Source: an uncultured Chloroflexia bacterium (GTDB taxonomy: Bacteria > Chloroflexota > Chloroflexia > Thermomicrobiales > UBA6265). From it: DNA of 64,000 nucleotides. The notes under the pieces are model-generated. The model had not been told where the DNA came from and searched no databases. It saw only the letters and a program-made list of their open reading frames with translations. Below are positions 27,376-36,791 of the stretch, in pieces. The DNA is taken from the NCBI GenBank assembly GCA_963724295.1, contig CAVRUC010000010.1:256001-320000 (forward strand), written 5' to 3'. A program made the translations under genes and the position numbers. Every line of letters begins with the position of its first letter. Within the stretch, counting starts at the first letter, position 1.

Positions 27376-28713
27376 ATGAATCGCCGAACGCTGCTCAAGG
27401 GGACGGCCGCCCTCTCAACCGCAATCGCGTTCTCACCGCTGGTCGCTGCCCGCGCCGCCGCGCAAGACAACCGGTTGACCGTCTGGGGCGTGGTGTCATT
27501 CACCGAAGAGGGCGATGCCCTGCTCGGCCAGCAGATGCAGGAGTGGGGCGCGGCGAACGGGTTCGAGGTCGAGTACGTCGCCTTGCCAGGCTCCGACTAC
27601 GCGACCCGGCTGGCCACGGCGGTCGAGGCCGGGGATGTCCCGGACGTCGTGATGATGCTCCAGGACATCACCCTCTTCTACGCCGAGCAGGGCCGCCTGG
27701 TCGATGTGACCGACGTCTACGACGAGCTGAAGGATCTCGGCGGCGGTATGTACGAGACGCTGCTGCCGTGGGTCGAGGCCGATGGCAAGATCTACTCGAT
27801 TCCGATGCAGTCGGACGTCAGCGTGATGTACGCGCGGCTTGATTTGATCGAGGAAGTCACCGGGGAGCGCGTGGCGCCGACGACCCTCGACGAGCTAGAG
27901 CAACTCGCCACCGAGATCAACAACCCACCGCAGCTCTACGGCATTGGTCTTACCGTGGGCAGGACACCGGACGCTCACGGGCAGATCGCGCAGATGATTC
28001 TCAACGAAGGCGGCACTCTGGTGGACGAAACGGGAGCCCCCGCCATCGACAACCCCGGGACGATCGCCGCGTTGGAGCGCATGAAGCGCTGGTGGGACAA
28101 TGGGCTGATCCCTGAGAACTCGGCTTCCTGGGACGACTCCGGCAACAATACGGCCTACAACTCGGGCCAGGCGGCCTTCGTCTTCAACCCGGCATCGATC
28201 TTTGCGTATCTGGAGGCGAACGACCCCGAGCTGCTGGCCGAAACGACCCAGGCGCCATTCCCCGCTGGTCCGGCTGGGAATTTCCCGTCGGTCGGGACGT
28301 GGTCCTGGTCGATCTTCGAGGGCAGCCCGAACGTCGATGCCGCCAAGCAGATGATCATCGCCATCATGCAACCGGAGATGGTGCAGGCAGTCTACGAGGA
28401 GGTCGGCGGTCGCTGGTACCCGGTCTATCGCGACCTTGCAGACGCACCGTTCTGGCAGGAGCGGCCCTTCTTCGACGACTTCCCGGAGATCATCGAGAAC
28501 TCACGCCCAATCTGGCATCCAGCGGAGGCGTCGCCGCTGCTCCTTTCTCAGCTTAGCGCGGTCTACCAGACCCTGGTCCTGCCCGACATGCTGCAGCAAG
28601 TGTTGATCAACGACATGCCTGCGGCCGACGCCGCGGCCGAGGCTCAGACTCGCATGGAGCAGGCGTTCGCGGAGGTAGCTGGAGGAGAGGCGGCGGCGAC
28701 TCCGACCGCATAG
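27376..28713 (+). CDS. Carbohydrate ABC substrate-binding protein, Tat leader
   Basis: MNRRTLLKG; AGDVPDV; DGKIYSIP; WDDSGNN. Confidence 0.9.
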   Translation: MNRRTLLKGTAALSTAIAFSPLVAARAAAQDNRLTVWGVVSFTEEGDALLGQQMQEWGAANGFEVEYVALPGSDYATRLATAVEAGDVPDVVMMLQDITLFYAEQGRLVDVTDVYDELKDLGGGMYETLLPWVEADGKIYSIPMQSDVSVMYARLDLIEEVTGERVAPTTLDELEQLATEINNPPQLYGIGLTVGRTPDAHGQIAQMILNEGGTLVDETGAPAIDNPGTIAALERMKRWWDNGLIPENSASWDDSGNNTAYNSGQAAFVFNPASIFAYLEANDPELLAETTQAPFPAGPAGNFPSVGTWSWSIFEGSPNVDAAKQMIIAIMQPEMVQAVYEEVGGRWYPVYRDLADAPFWQERPFFDDFPEIIENSRPIWHPAEASPLLLSQLSAVYQTLVLPDMLQQVLINDMPAADAAAEAQTRMEQAFAEVAGGEAAATPTA

Positions 28714-28847
28714 CCAGAAGCGACGCTTCGGTGCGCTGGGTCACGGCGTACTCTCCGGGCATCGGCCCAGAATGAACGCCGTGGCTCAGTGCAACGGGTG
28801 CGATCCCACAGCGCGGTAGCGCCTACGGGGCGACGAGCGCTCTGAAT

Positions 28848-28979
28848 TGGGCCGGTGAGTCGGTGCGCGGCGTCAAACGCGTGCAGCCAGCCGCCGAGAT
28901 TGTGCGCGAGCTGGCCAGCGACGCCGAGCGCCTCCTCCGCCGCTGGGGTCCCGAAGACGGCCCATCAACGGGTTCCTGA
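28848..28979 (+). pseudogene. Isolated 3' fragment of a nitronate monooxygenase gene
   Basis: WAGESVRGVKRVQPAAEIVRELASDAERLLRRWGPEDGPSTGS*; imperfect direct repeat of 24988-25117. Confidence 0.75.
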
Positions 28980-28995
28980 CGGTCCGGTGCCCGTT

Positions 28996-29036
28996 CCCCC
29001 TCTCCCTGCGCACAGGGAAAGGGCTGGGGTGAGGGC
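28996..29036. repeat. REP-like palindrome (CCCCTCTCCC..GGGAnAGGG..GGGGTGAGGG type)
   Basis: cccctctccctg-cgca-cagggaaaggg-ctggggtgagggc; related copy at 41805-41849. Confidence 0.6.
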
Positions 29037-29042
29037 AGCCGC

Positions 29043-29372
29043 TCAGGCTTTCTTCGCCGCCTTCTTTTTCGCCACCGGCAAGAGCTCGGCCGTTCCCGCG
29101 ATCACCTCCCGTAACCGCTCGCCGTCTTCGAGCAGGGCCGCGGGCACCGCGTAGTGATCTTTCGCGCCCGGATAGGGTGGCGCGAGATCGGCATCAGTGA
29201 AGAACTGGTCCGAGATCGCCGTCGGTTTGACGAAGAGCGTGTCGTCGCAGATCAGCGCCACGAACTTCTCGTCGCAATAGAGCCCATACTCGCCAAACAT
29301 GGCGCGGGCGCGCACTGGTAAGGGCGCGAGCTGATCGAGGATGAAATCGATTGTCGCTTTCTCCGTTGCCAT
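29043..29372 (-). CDS. TfoX/Sxy N-terminal domain protein
   Basis: RAMFGEYGLY, ALICDDTLFVKPT, PPYPGAK. Confidence 0.9.
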   Translation of the reverse strand: MATEKATIDFILDQLAPLPVRARAMFGEYGLYCDEKFVALICDDTLFVKPTAISDQFFTDADLAPPYPGAKDHYAVPAALLEDGERLREVIAGTAELLPVAKKKAAKKA

Positions 29373-29601
29373 TGCTGCGAACCTTTCCCAGGTGACTAAT
29401 CTACGTCAAGGGCGAGGGGGTGATCATGTTGCACCATCCCTTGACCGTGACCAGCATCGTCCAGCGCCAATCCCCACACAGGGAACGCGCTGGCTCTAAG
29501 ATGCGCTCTCGTGACTGCGGCGGGCGTGGCCGCGAGGCACGCGCGACATCTCAAGAGGTCGTCATGGCGAGCGGGACGGAATGAGTGGAAGGGAGGGAGC
29601 G

Positions 29602-30672
29602 ATGTTCGTCTACGTCGGCGCCTATACCGAGCCCCCGTCAGGCTCTGCGGACGGCATCATAGTTTTTCGCTTCGATGCCGGCTCGGGTGAGCTGCACCCG
29701 GTGCAGAACGTGCCCGGGGTGGTCAACCCCTCCTGGCTGACCCTGGATGAGCGAGAGCAGTTCCTCTTCGCGGTCAATGAGGAGGACGAGGGTCGCGTCA
29801 GTGCCTTCTCCCGCGATGTGGCGACCGGGACGCTGCGCCCGCTGAATGACCAGCTCTCCCACGGCGCCGCCCCGTGCTACGTGAGTCCGGATCCCTCCGG
29901 CCGCTATGTCCTGGTGGCGAACTACTCCGGCGGCACCGTCGCCGTGCTGCCGGTCACCGCCAGCGGCCGGCTCGAAGCAGCGACCTGCGTCATCCATCAC
30001 CAGGGATCGAGTATCCGGCCAGAGCAGGAGGGACCGCACCCGCATATGATCCGGCCGTCAGTCGATGGCCGCTTCGTTCTGGTCACCGACCTCGGGACCG
30101 ATCAGGTGCTGGTCTACCGGCTCGACCCCAACACCGGCCAGCTGGCGCCCAACGAGCAAGGCAGGACCGTGGTGTCAGAGCATCCCGGCGCGGGTCCGCG
30201 CCATTTCGCGTTCGACCCGAACGGTCGCACCGTGTATGTCATCAACGAGCTCAACTCAACCGTGACGGTGTACGACTACACGCCGGAGCGCGGCGAGCTC
30301 CACGCGCGCCAGGTCGTCTCGACGCTGCCGGATGGCGTTGATGGACCGGCGATCGGGAACTCATGCGCCCATATCGCCGTCTCACCCGACGGCCGATTCG
30401 TCTACGGCTCGAATCGAGGACACGACAGCATCGCCATCTGGGAGGTCGAGGACGCGAACGGCGAGCTGCGGCCAGCCGGTCACGAGTCGACGCGGGGGAA
30501 GACACCGCGGGGCTTCAGCCTCGATCCGACCGGTTCCTGGTTGCTCGTCGCGAACCAGGAGTCCGACACCATCGTCACGTTTCGCCGAGATCCGGGCTCC
30601 GGCCGTCTCACCGCCGCGGGACCGGTGACGCAGACGCCATCCCCCGTCACCATCCTGTTCAGCTCCGACTGA
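29602..30672 (+). CDS. 6-phosphogluconolactonase-type beta-propeller lactonase
   Basis: VYVGAYT, NPSWL, VANYSGG, PHPH, DLGTD, GPRHF, SNRGHDSI, PRGF. Confidence 0.92.
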   Translation: MFVYVGAYTEPPSGSADGIIVFRFDAGSGELHPVQNVPGVVNPSWLTLDEREQFLFAVNEEDEGRVSAFSRDVATGTLRPLNDQLSHGAAPCYVSPDPSGRYVLVANYSGGTVAVLPVTASGRLEAATCVIHHQGSSIRPEQEGPHPHMIRPSVDGRFVLVTDLGTDQVLVYRLDPNTGQLAPNEQGRTVVSEHPGAGPRHFAFDPNGRTVYVINELNSTVTVYDYTPERGELHARQVVSTLPDGVDGPAIGNSCAHIAVSPDGRFVYGSNRGHDSIAIWEVEDANGELRPAGHESTRGKTPRGFSLDPTGSWLLVANQESDTIVTFRRDPGSGRLTAAGPVTQTPSPVTILFSSD

Positions 30673-30723
30673 CGAGAGCGGGTCATTGCGGGGCCATCCG
30701 ATGCGATTGGCGGCCTTTCCCCG

Positions 30724-31470
30724 TTACGGCGCTGCCGTCAGCACCCGCTGCAGGAACTGACGCGTGCGTGCCTGCTCGGGGCTGCGGATGAGCCGATCCG
30801 GGGGACCTATCTCCACGATGCTTCCCGCGTCCAGGAACGCCATGCGGTCCGAGATCTGACGCGCGAAGGCAATCTGGTGCGTTGCCAGCAGCATCGTCAT
30901 CCCGATGCCCTTCAGCTCGCGGATGATGTCCAACACCTCACCCACCATCTCGGGATCGAGCGCCGAGGTCACCTCGTCCAGCAGCAGCAGGTCTGGCTTC
31001 AGCGCCAGGGCGCGGACGATTGCCACCCGCTGCTGCTGCCCGCCCGAGAGGCGATCCGGGTACTCGTCCGCTTTGTCCGCCAGCCCGAATCGCTCCAGCA
31101 GCGCCCTCGCCGCTTCCTGCGCCTCCACGCGCTTCGCGCCCAGCACCTGTCTCGGCGCCAGCGTGATGTTGTCCAGCACCGACATGTGCGGGAAGAGGTT
31201 GTACGACTGGAAGACCATACCGATGCGCTGGCGCACTCGGTTCGCGTTCGGCAGCGAGGCCGAAATTGGCTCGCCGTTCAGCCGGATCGAGCCGGCGTTG
31301 ATCTCCTCCAGCAGGTTGATGCAGCGCAGCAGGGTCGATTTGCCGCTGCCCGACGCGCCAATCAGGCTGATCACTTCGTGCGACTCCACCGCCAGGTTGA
31401 TGTTCCGTAGCACCAGATGCTGGTCGTAGGCCTTGTACAGGCCGTCGATCCCGAGAAGCGGTCCGCTCAC
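30724..31470 (-). CDS. Polar amino-acid ABC ATP-binding protein
   Basis: GASGSGKST, LSGGQQQR, LLLDEVTSALDPE. Confidence 0.95.
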   Translation of the reverse strand: MSGPLLGIDGLYKAYDQHLVLRNINLAVESHEVISLIGASGSGKSTLLRCINLLEEINAGSIRLNGEPISASLPNANRVRQRIGMVFQSYNLFPHMSVLDNITLAPRQVLGAKRVEAQEAARALLERFGLADKADEYPDRLSGGQQQRVAIVRALALKPDLLLLDEVTSALDPEMVGEVLDIIRELKGIGMTMLLATHQIAFARQISDRMAFLDAGSIVEIGPPDRLIRSPEQARTRQFLQRVLTAAP

Positions 31471-32348
31471 ACCGCGCCCCCGACCGTCCGGCGCTCCGCC
31501 GTGCGAGCGAGCAGGTAATCCGTGAAGCGCGCCAGCGGGATCGTCACCGCGATGAAGATGAGCCCTGCCGCGAGATAGCTCGTGAAGTTGAAGTTGAGGC
31601 TCGCGTAGATCTGCGCCTGTCGCGTCGCCTCCAGGGGCCCCAGTACCGAGATCAGCGCCGTCTCTTTCTGCAGCGCCACGAAGCCGCTCAACGTCGGCGG
31701 AATCACCCGCCGCACCGCCTGCGGCAGCACCACGAAGCGCAGCGCCTGCGCGCTCGAGAGGCCGAGCGAACGCGCGGCGGCCCGTTGGCTGGCGTGCACC
31801 GACTCGATCCCCGCCCGGAACACCTCAGCCTGGTATGCGGAGGAGGTGAGGATGCAGGCCACCGTCCCCCAGAAGACGGCCGTGTTCGGCACGCCGGGCA
31901 ACCGCAGTGCCGGCACGCCGAACCCGAGCGTCAGGATCACGAGCAGGGAGGGCGCCCCGCGGAAGATGTCGATGTACGCCACGACCGCTGCCCGCGCCGG
32001 GAAGAAGACCGGACTCCGGCCGCTCCGGATCACCGCCAGGAGCAGTCCGACGATCAGGATGATCGGCTCGGCGATCATGAAGATCTTGAAGTTGAGCTTG
32101 AATCCCTCCAGCACCGCGGGGAAGGCCGCCTTGAAATCGGGCCAGCTGAAGAAGGCCTGGCGCACTGATTCCCACCCCGATGAGCGGCCGATCAGGAAGC
32201 CCAGCGCCCCGAAGAAGACGATCGAGCTGATAACGGCGATCGCGGCGGATCGGCGGACGTCCGCCCGCGTCCAGGCCGATCGCGGCGCCAGCAGCGCCGC
32301 GATCTCCGCTTCGGTCAGCTCGCGTGACGTGCCAGATGCGTCGCTCAT
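31467..32348 (-). CDS. Polar amino-acid ABC permease
   Basis: YIDIFRGAP, AYQAEVFRAGI, AARSLGL, LPQAVRR, QKETAL. Confidence 0.93.
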   Translation of the reverse strand: MSDASGTSRELTEAEIAALLAPRSAWTRADVRRSAAIAVISSIVFFGALGFLIGRSSGWESVRQAFFSWPDFKAAFPAVLEGFKLNFKIFMIAEPIILIVGLLLAVIRSGRSPVFFPARAAVVAYIDIFRGAPSLLVILTLGFGVPALRLPGVPNTAVFWGTVACILTSSAYQAEVFRAGIESVHASQRAAARSLGLSSAQALRFVVLPQAVRRVIPPTLSGFVALQKETALISVLGPLEATRQAQIYASLNFNFTSYLAAGLIFIAVTIPLARFTDYLLARTAERRTVGGAV

Positions 32349-32628
32349 CGTGGGTCCAACCTACTGGTGATGGGATCGCAAGATCGCCGGGGCCTCTGCG
32401 CCGTCGCGGACCACGAGCGGCGGGTTGCGTACTCCCGAGGCATGTGACCTCTGATGCTACGAGAACGCACCCGGACGGTCACCGTGACCGGCCCGGGAGA
32501 GATTCGGATAATACTGGATCAGTTTTTCAACAATGGATAGACTGGCTCGGCACTCGGGATGCATCTTCGTATCCTAGCGACTGAGGTGGGAGCTGGTCGC
32601 TCCCCGCGTTCGTGGAGGTAAATTCGGA

Positions 32629-33503
32629 ATGTCGAATCGTCGCCAGTTCCTGCGATCCGGGGTCGTGCTCGCCGCCGCCATCGGGTCCGCCCCGCGGTTG
32701 AGCGCCCTCGCTCAATCCGACGCGGCCACCCCGGCCGCCGCCACGCCGGTGGTCCCGACCGACATCTCGACCCTGCCGCTCAAGAACGCCCGGTCAGCTC
32801 ACCATCCACGCGGATAAGCCGGCCTACCCGCCATTCTTCATCGACGACGACCCGACCAATGGCAAGGGCTTCGAGTCGGCGCTCGCCTACGCCGTCGGCG
32901 AGCGGCTGGGCTTCACCCGGGATCAGATCGTCTGGGGCTACACGTCGTTCAACGCCTCGTACGCGCCGGGCCCGAAAGATTTCGACTTCTACATCACGCA
33001 GGTCAGCATCACCGAGGAGCGGAAGCGGGCGGTCGACTTCAGCGACCCGTACTACAAGTCGCCGTTGGTCGTCGTGACCAAGGAGGACTCCCCGGTGGTC
33101 GAAGCGACGACCCTTGCCGAGCTGGCGAAGTTCACTTGGGGAGCCCAGGTGGGCACGACTCTACTACATTGCCATCACCGAGGACATCAAACCGGAGCAG
33201 GAAACGCTGGTGTTCGACACCACGGCCGATTCGCTGACGGCGCTGGTCAACGATCAGATCGATGCCGTCGTCCAGGATCTTGAGAGCGCCAACTACATTA
33301 CGTCCGAGCAGTTCGAGGGGCTCGTGATCGCCGGTCAACTCCCGGAGAACCCGGGCCAAGGCACGGGGATGGTCTTCGAGAAGGGCAGCGCTCTCGTCCC
33401 GTACGTGAACGCCGCCCTGGCGTCGGTGATCGCCGACGGCACCCGCGACGAGCTCGTCGAGGAGTGGCTGGCCCCGCCTGCCGATCTCATCGTCTACAGC
33501 TAG
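32629..33503 (+). CDS. Polar amino-acid ABC substrate-binding protein (Tat); two frameshifts (about 32789 and 33160)
   Basis: MSNRRQFLR leader; the middle frame reads GQLTIHADKPAYPPF...GKGFESALAYAV...VSITEERKRAVDFSDPYY; the last frame reads VNAALASVIADGT. Confidence 0.8.
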
Positions 33504-33511
33504 AGCGAAGC

Positions 33512-33542
33512 GGCGAGGGGCTTAGCGGATAAGCCCCTCGCC
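33512..33542. terminator. 13-bp hairpin between convergent genes
   Basis: GGCGAGGGGCTTA-GCGGA-TAAGCCCCTCGCC. Confidence 0.6.
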
Positions 33543-33597
33543 CCTCCTGCCGCGGCTCTTCCACCCGCCTTGACCGGCGCCAGATAGCGCGGCAGAT

Positions 33598-34548
33598 TCA
33601 GGCGCCAAAGAAGTAGCGCGTGAGGTGGAAGAAGACCGGCGCGGCAAAGCAGAGAGAGTCGATACGGTCGAGGACGCCGCCGTGGCCGGCTATCAGCGTG
33701 CCGAAGTCCTTGACGCCGCGGTCGCGCTTGATCGCCGACATCGTGAGTCCACCAGCGAACCCCATGAGCGTGATCACCACTGACATGAGCGCCGCCTGCC
33801 ATGGCGTGAACGGCGTGATCCACCAGAGACCGGTTCCGATGAGAGTGGCGGTAAGGATCCCGCCGACGAAGCCCTCCCACGTCTTGTTGGGACTGATGGT
33901 GGGCGCGATGCGGCGGCGTCCGAAGAGCTTGCCCCAGATGTACTGCGCGACATCGCTGCCCTGGACCACGATGACCAGGAACAGCAAGAGCTTGGCGCCC
34001 TCGTTCTCGTCGCCGCCGACCTCGAGCGTCAGCAGCGCCGGGGCGTAGCTCACGCAGTAGACGCAGATCATGAGCGCCCACTGGATTGTCGCCGTCCGTT
34101 CCAGGAAGTGCTCCGTGTCCCCGGCCAGGGCGTTCCGGGTCGGGACAAGCAGGAAGGCGAAGACCGGGATGAAGATGGCGAACAGCCCGTACCAGTCCTG
34201 CCAGACCAGCCAGTACTGGATCGGCGTGACCACGAAGAAGACCCAGAGCAAGGTTCGATGATCGCCGTGCCGGGTCGGCGTCAGCGTGATGAATTCGCGC
34301 AGCGCGAAGAACGAGATCAGCGCGAAGAGCAGCACCGAGCCGACGCCGCGGGCCAGCAGGGCGACCGCAAGAACGGCGCACATGACCCACCACGCGCGGA
34401 TCCGATCGTTCAGGTTCGCGACGGTCGCTCGCGCTGAATCACTCGTGACGCGCCGGGCAAAGATGGCCCCGACGACGCTGGCGACGAGGAGGACGACGAG
34501 CACCCCGCCGCCGAGCCAGAGCAACTCCTGGTCAACCCGGCCGCTCAT
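33598..34548 (-). CDS. Phosphatidate cytidylyltransferase (YnbB-like)
   Basis: RIRAWW, SPNKTWEG, SAIKRDRGVKDFG, GHGGVLDRIDS. Confidence 0.92.
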   Translation of the reverse strand: MSGRVDQELLWLGGGVLVVLLVASVVGAIFARRVTSDSARATVANLNDRIRAWWVMCAVLAVALLARGVGSVLLFALISFFALREFITLTPTRHGDHRTLLWVFFVVTPIQYWLVWQDWYGLFAIFIPVFAFLLVPTRNALAGDTEHFLERTATIQWALMICVYCVSYAPALLTLEVGGDENEGAKLLLFLVIVVQGSDVAQYIWGKLFGRRRIAPTISPNKTWEGFVGGILTATLIGTGLWWITPFTPWQAALMSVVITLMGFAGGLTMSAIKRDRGVKDFGTLIAGHGGVLDRIDSLCFAAPVFFHLTRYFFGA

Positions 34549-35162
34549 GACGGTTCGAGGCTCGCGACCGCCTCTCTCGCGCGCGCCAGGAACTCCGCTT
34601 TCGGCTCGCCGTCCCGCGGACGCACAGGCGAGCCGAAACTGATGCAACTGAGCTGCGGCACGGGCAGAAACTCCCCCTTGGGCATGATGCGCTGAAGGTT
34701 ATGGAGGTGCACTGGAACCAGGTCCACATCCGGCCGCTGGCGCGCGAGATAGTCGAGCCCGCCCTTGAACGGCCCGATCTCGCCGCTGGAGCCGCGGGTG
34801 CCCTCCGGGAAGATGATCAATGAATCTCCGCCATCCAATACCGCGATCAGCTGGTCCATCTGGGTCCGCAATTGGCTGAGGCTGCCACCGGCTCGGTCGA
34901 CCAGCACCGCTCTGAAAACCCGCGTTGCCATGTAGTGGCGGAGCCGGCTGGATTCCCAGTAATCCCGAGCGGCGACCGGCCGGGTGCGGGCACGGAGGTC
35001 TCTGGGCAGCACCGCCCAGAGGGCGACGAAGTCGAGATGGCTGCCGTGATTGGCGAAGTAGACGCACTGACCTCGACACGGGCGGTCCTCGACGCAACGA
35101 ACGCTGGGGCCGCTGGCCAGGCGCGCCAGGGCTGCCACACACTGCGCGATGACTCCCGTCAT
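34545..35162 (-). CDS. Lysophospholipid acyltransferase (PlsC-like)
   Basis: NHGSHLD, FPEGTR. Confidence 0.92.
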   Translation of the reverse strand: MTGVIAQCVAALARLASGPSVRCVEDRPCRGQCVYFANHGSHLDFVALWAVLPRDLRARTRPVAARDYWESSRLRHYMATRVFRAVLVDRAGGSLSQLRTQMDQLIAVLDGGDSLIIFPEGTRGSSGEIGPFKGGLDYLARQRPDVDLVPVHLHNLQRIMPKGEFLPVPQLSCISFGSPVRPRDGEPKAEFLARAREAVASLEPS

Positions 35163-35836
35163 GGAGTCCCCAGGTCATCGCCAATCGCTCGCAGCCGCCG
35201 CACGATCGTCGCCAGACCACCGACGATGATGACAATGAGCGCGACCGTCAGCACCCGTCCCTCCGGCCAACCGACGGCAGTTTCGACGGCCGAGAGCAGG
35301 CAGGCGGCGATCAGGACGTGCATCCGACGCGGCTTGGCCATGGGCCCGTCGAAGTGCTGCGACGCGCCCGCGGCGGCGCCGAGGGTGCGCACGTAGGCCG
35401 TCAGCAGCGCCGTCGTGGCGGCCGCCCAGCCGAGCTCTGGTCCCCAGGCGACGTCGCCGATGGCGTAGCCCGCGCCGGCGAGGATGAGCAGATCGGCCAG
35501 CCGGTCAGGCAGCTCGTTGTAAATCTCGCCGGTGGGGGTCTTGAGGCCGCCCTCCACGGCCAGCATTCCGTCGAGCATGTTGCACAGCAGCCGGGCGGGC
35601 ATCGCGGCGGCCGCAACGACGAGAAGAGCGATGCGCGCCCCGTCCTCGCTTCTCCCCGCGAGGATGAGGCAGATCGCGGCGACGGCGGCAAATGCCACCC
35701 CAAGCACGGAGACCTGATTGGGCCGTACCCCAGCAAGCTGGAGCCGGCGGGCGGCGAGGGTCGCCCAGGAGGCGCTGCGCGCCGGGATCGGGCGCCGTGT
35801 AACCCGCTGCGGAACTTGCATGCCGATCACCACCAA
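35159..35836 (-). CDS. CDP-alcohol phosphatidyltransferase family protein
   Basis: PNQVS, NMLDGMLA...GEIYNELPDRLAD, GPMAKP. Confidence 0.9.
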   Translation of the reverse strand: MVVIGMQVPQRVTRRPIPARSASWATLAARRLQLAGVRPNQVSVLGVAFAAVAAICLILAGRSEDGARIALLVVAAAAMPARLLCNMLDGMLAVEGGLKTPTGEIYNELPDRLADLLILAGAGYAIGDVAWGPELGWAAATTALLTAYVRTLGAAAGASQHFDGPMAKPRRMHVLIAACLLSAVETAVGWPEGRVLTVALIVIIVGGLATIVRRLRAIGDDLGTP

Positions 35837-35955
35837 CCGCTCGCATGCCGGCTGATTGATTGTGTCCCTTCAGTGATCCATTGTATCGGCTCCGTTCCGG
35901 ATTGTTGCATCAATGCGCCCTGGAAGGCCGAGGTCGTGCTTCCACCTGGTGCTAC

Positions 35956-36025
35956 GATGACGGGGTCCGACGCCCAGACAGGAATGGTGATGACGGGGTC
36001 CGACGCCCAGACAGGAATGGTGATG
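35956..36025 (+). repeat. Perfect 33-bp tandem duplication
   Basis: GATGACGGGGTCCGACGCCCAGACAGGAATGGT x2 plus GATG. Confidence 0.95.
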
Positions 36026-36664
36026 GCGAGCGAACCCACCCTCGTGGAGCCAGGAGCGGGAACACACCGATTCCGGGAGGCAAGTACCCGTTCCGGGGTC
36101 GCGGCGCTCGTGGCACTGGGCTGGGGGTTCGCCGAGGCCACGTTCTTCTTCATAGTCCCCGACGTCTGGATCGGCCTGCTCGCGCTGTTTGGTTGGCGAG
36201 CCGGTCTACGCGCGGTGTGCTCGGCAGTCATGGGGGCACTTTTTGGCGGCGCGGTCATGTACGGGGTCGGCGCGCGCCTCGGTCGCGACCGCAGTGCGCG
36301 GCTCCTGGCCGCCGTCCCGGCCATCTCACCCGCGATGGTCGAGCGGGTGGAGGAGGAGATGCGCGAGCACGGTCCGGCGAGCATGATGCTGGGTCCACTA
36401 CGGGGCACGCCCTACAAGATCTACGCCCGAACCGCCGGGATCCAGGAGCAGCCCCTCGGCCCAGTGCTCCTCTGGACGATTCCCGCCCGAGGGGCGCGCT
36501 TTGTCCTGGTTGCAGCCGTCGCTGGTCTTTACGGATGGCTGGTCCGGCGAATCACACGGCGGATGGGCTGGCTCCTCGGTCCATATCTCCTCGCCTGGGT
36601 CGTGTTCTACGCGCGCTACTTCCGGGCGTACGGGTTCTGGAGGTCGCGCGGCACAGGAGATTGA
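36023..36664 (+). CDS. YqaA/DedA-like membrane protein
   Basis: WGFAEATFFFIVPD, GALFGG..MY, GTPYKIYA, ARGARF; start may be 35957, 35990 or 36023. Confidence 0.7.
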   Translation: MASEPTLVEPGAGTHRFREASTRSGVAALVALGWGFAEATFFFIVPDVWIGLLALFGWRAGLRAVCSAVMGALFGGAVMYGVGARLGRDRSARLLAAVPAISPAMVERVEEEMREHGPASMMLGPLRGTPYKIYARTAGIQEQPLGPVLLWTIPARGARFVLVAAVAGLYGWLVRRITRRMGWLLGPYLLAWVVFYARYFRAYGFWRSRGTGD

Positions 36665-36791
36665 GTCCGCGGCTCCCGCCCTCGGTTCGAGCCGCGGGCG
36701 CGAGACGGGGAGCGCGGCGGGACTCCCGGTGAGCATCAGCCAACCTCCAGGCGCAGAGTCAGCTACGAGGCGGCTCTCTGGAAGATCGGAG

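Noticed and set aside
25301..28713. Sugar ABC cluster lacking an ATPase
   Set aside because: Common; CUT1 systems often share an MsmK-like ATPase encoded elsewhere.
35956..36025. 33-bp repeat as a CRISPR array
   Set aside because: Only two adjacent copies, no spacer, no cas genes.
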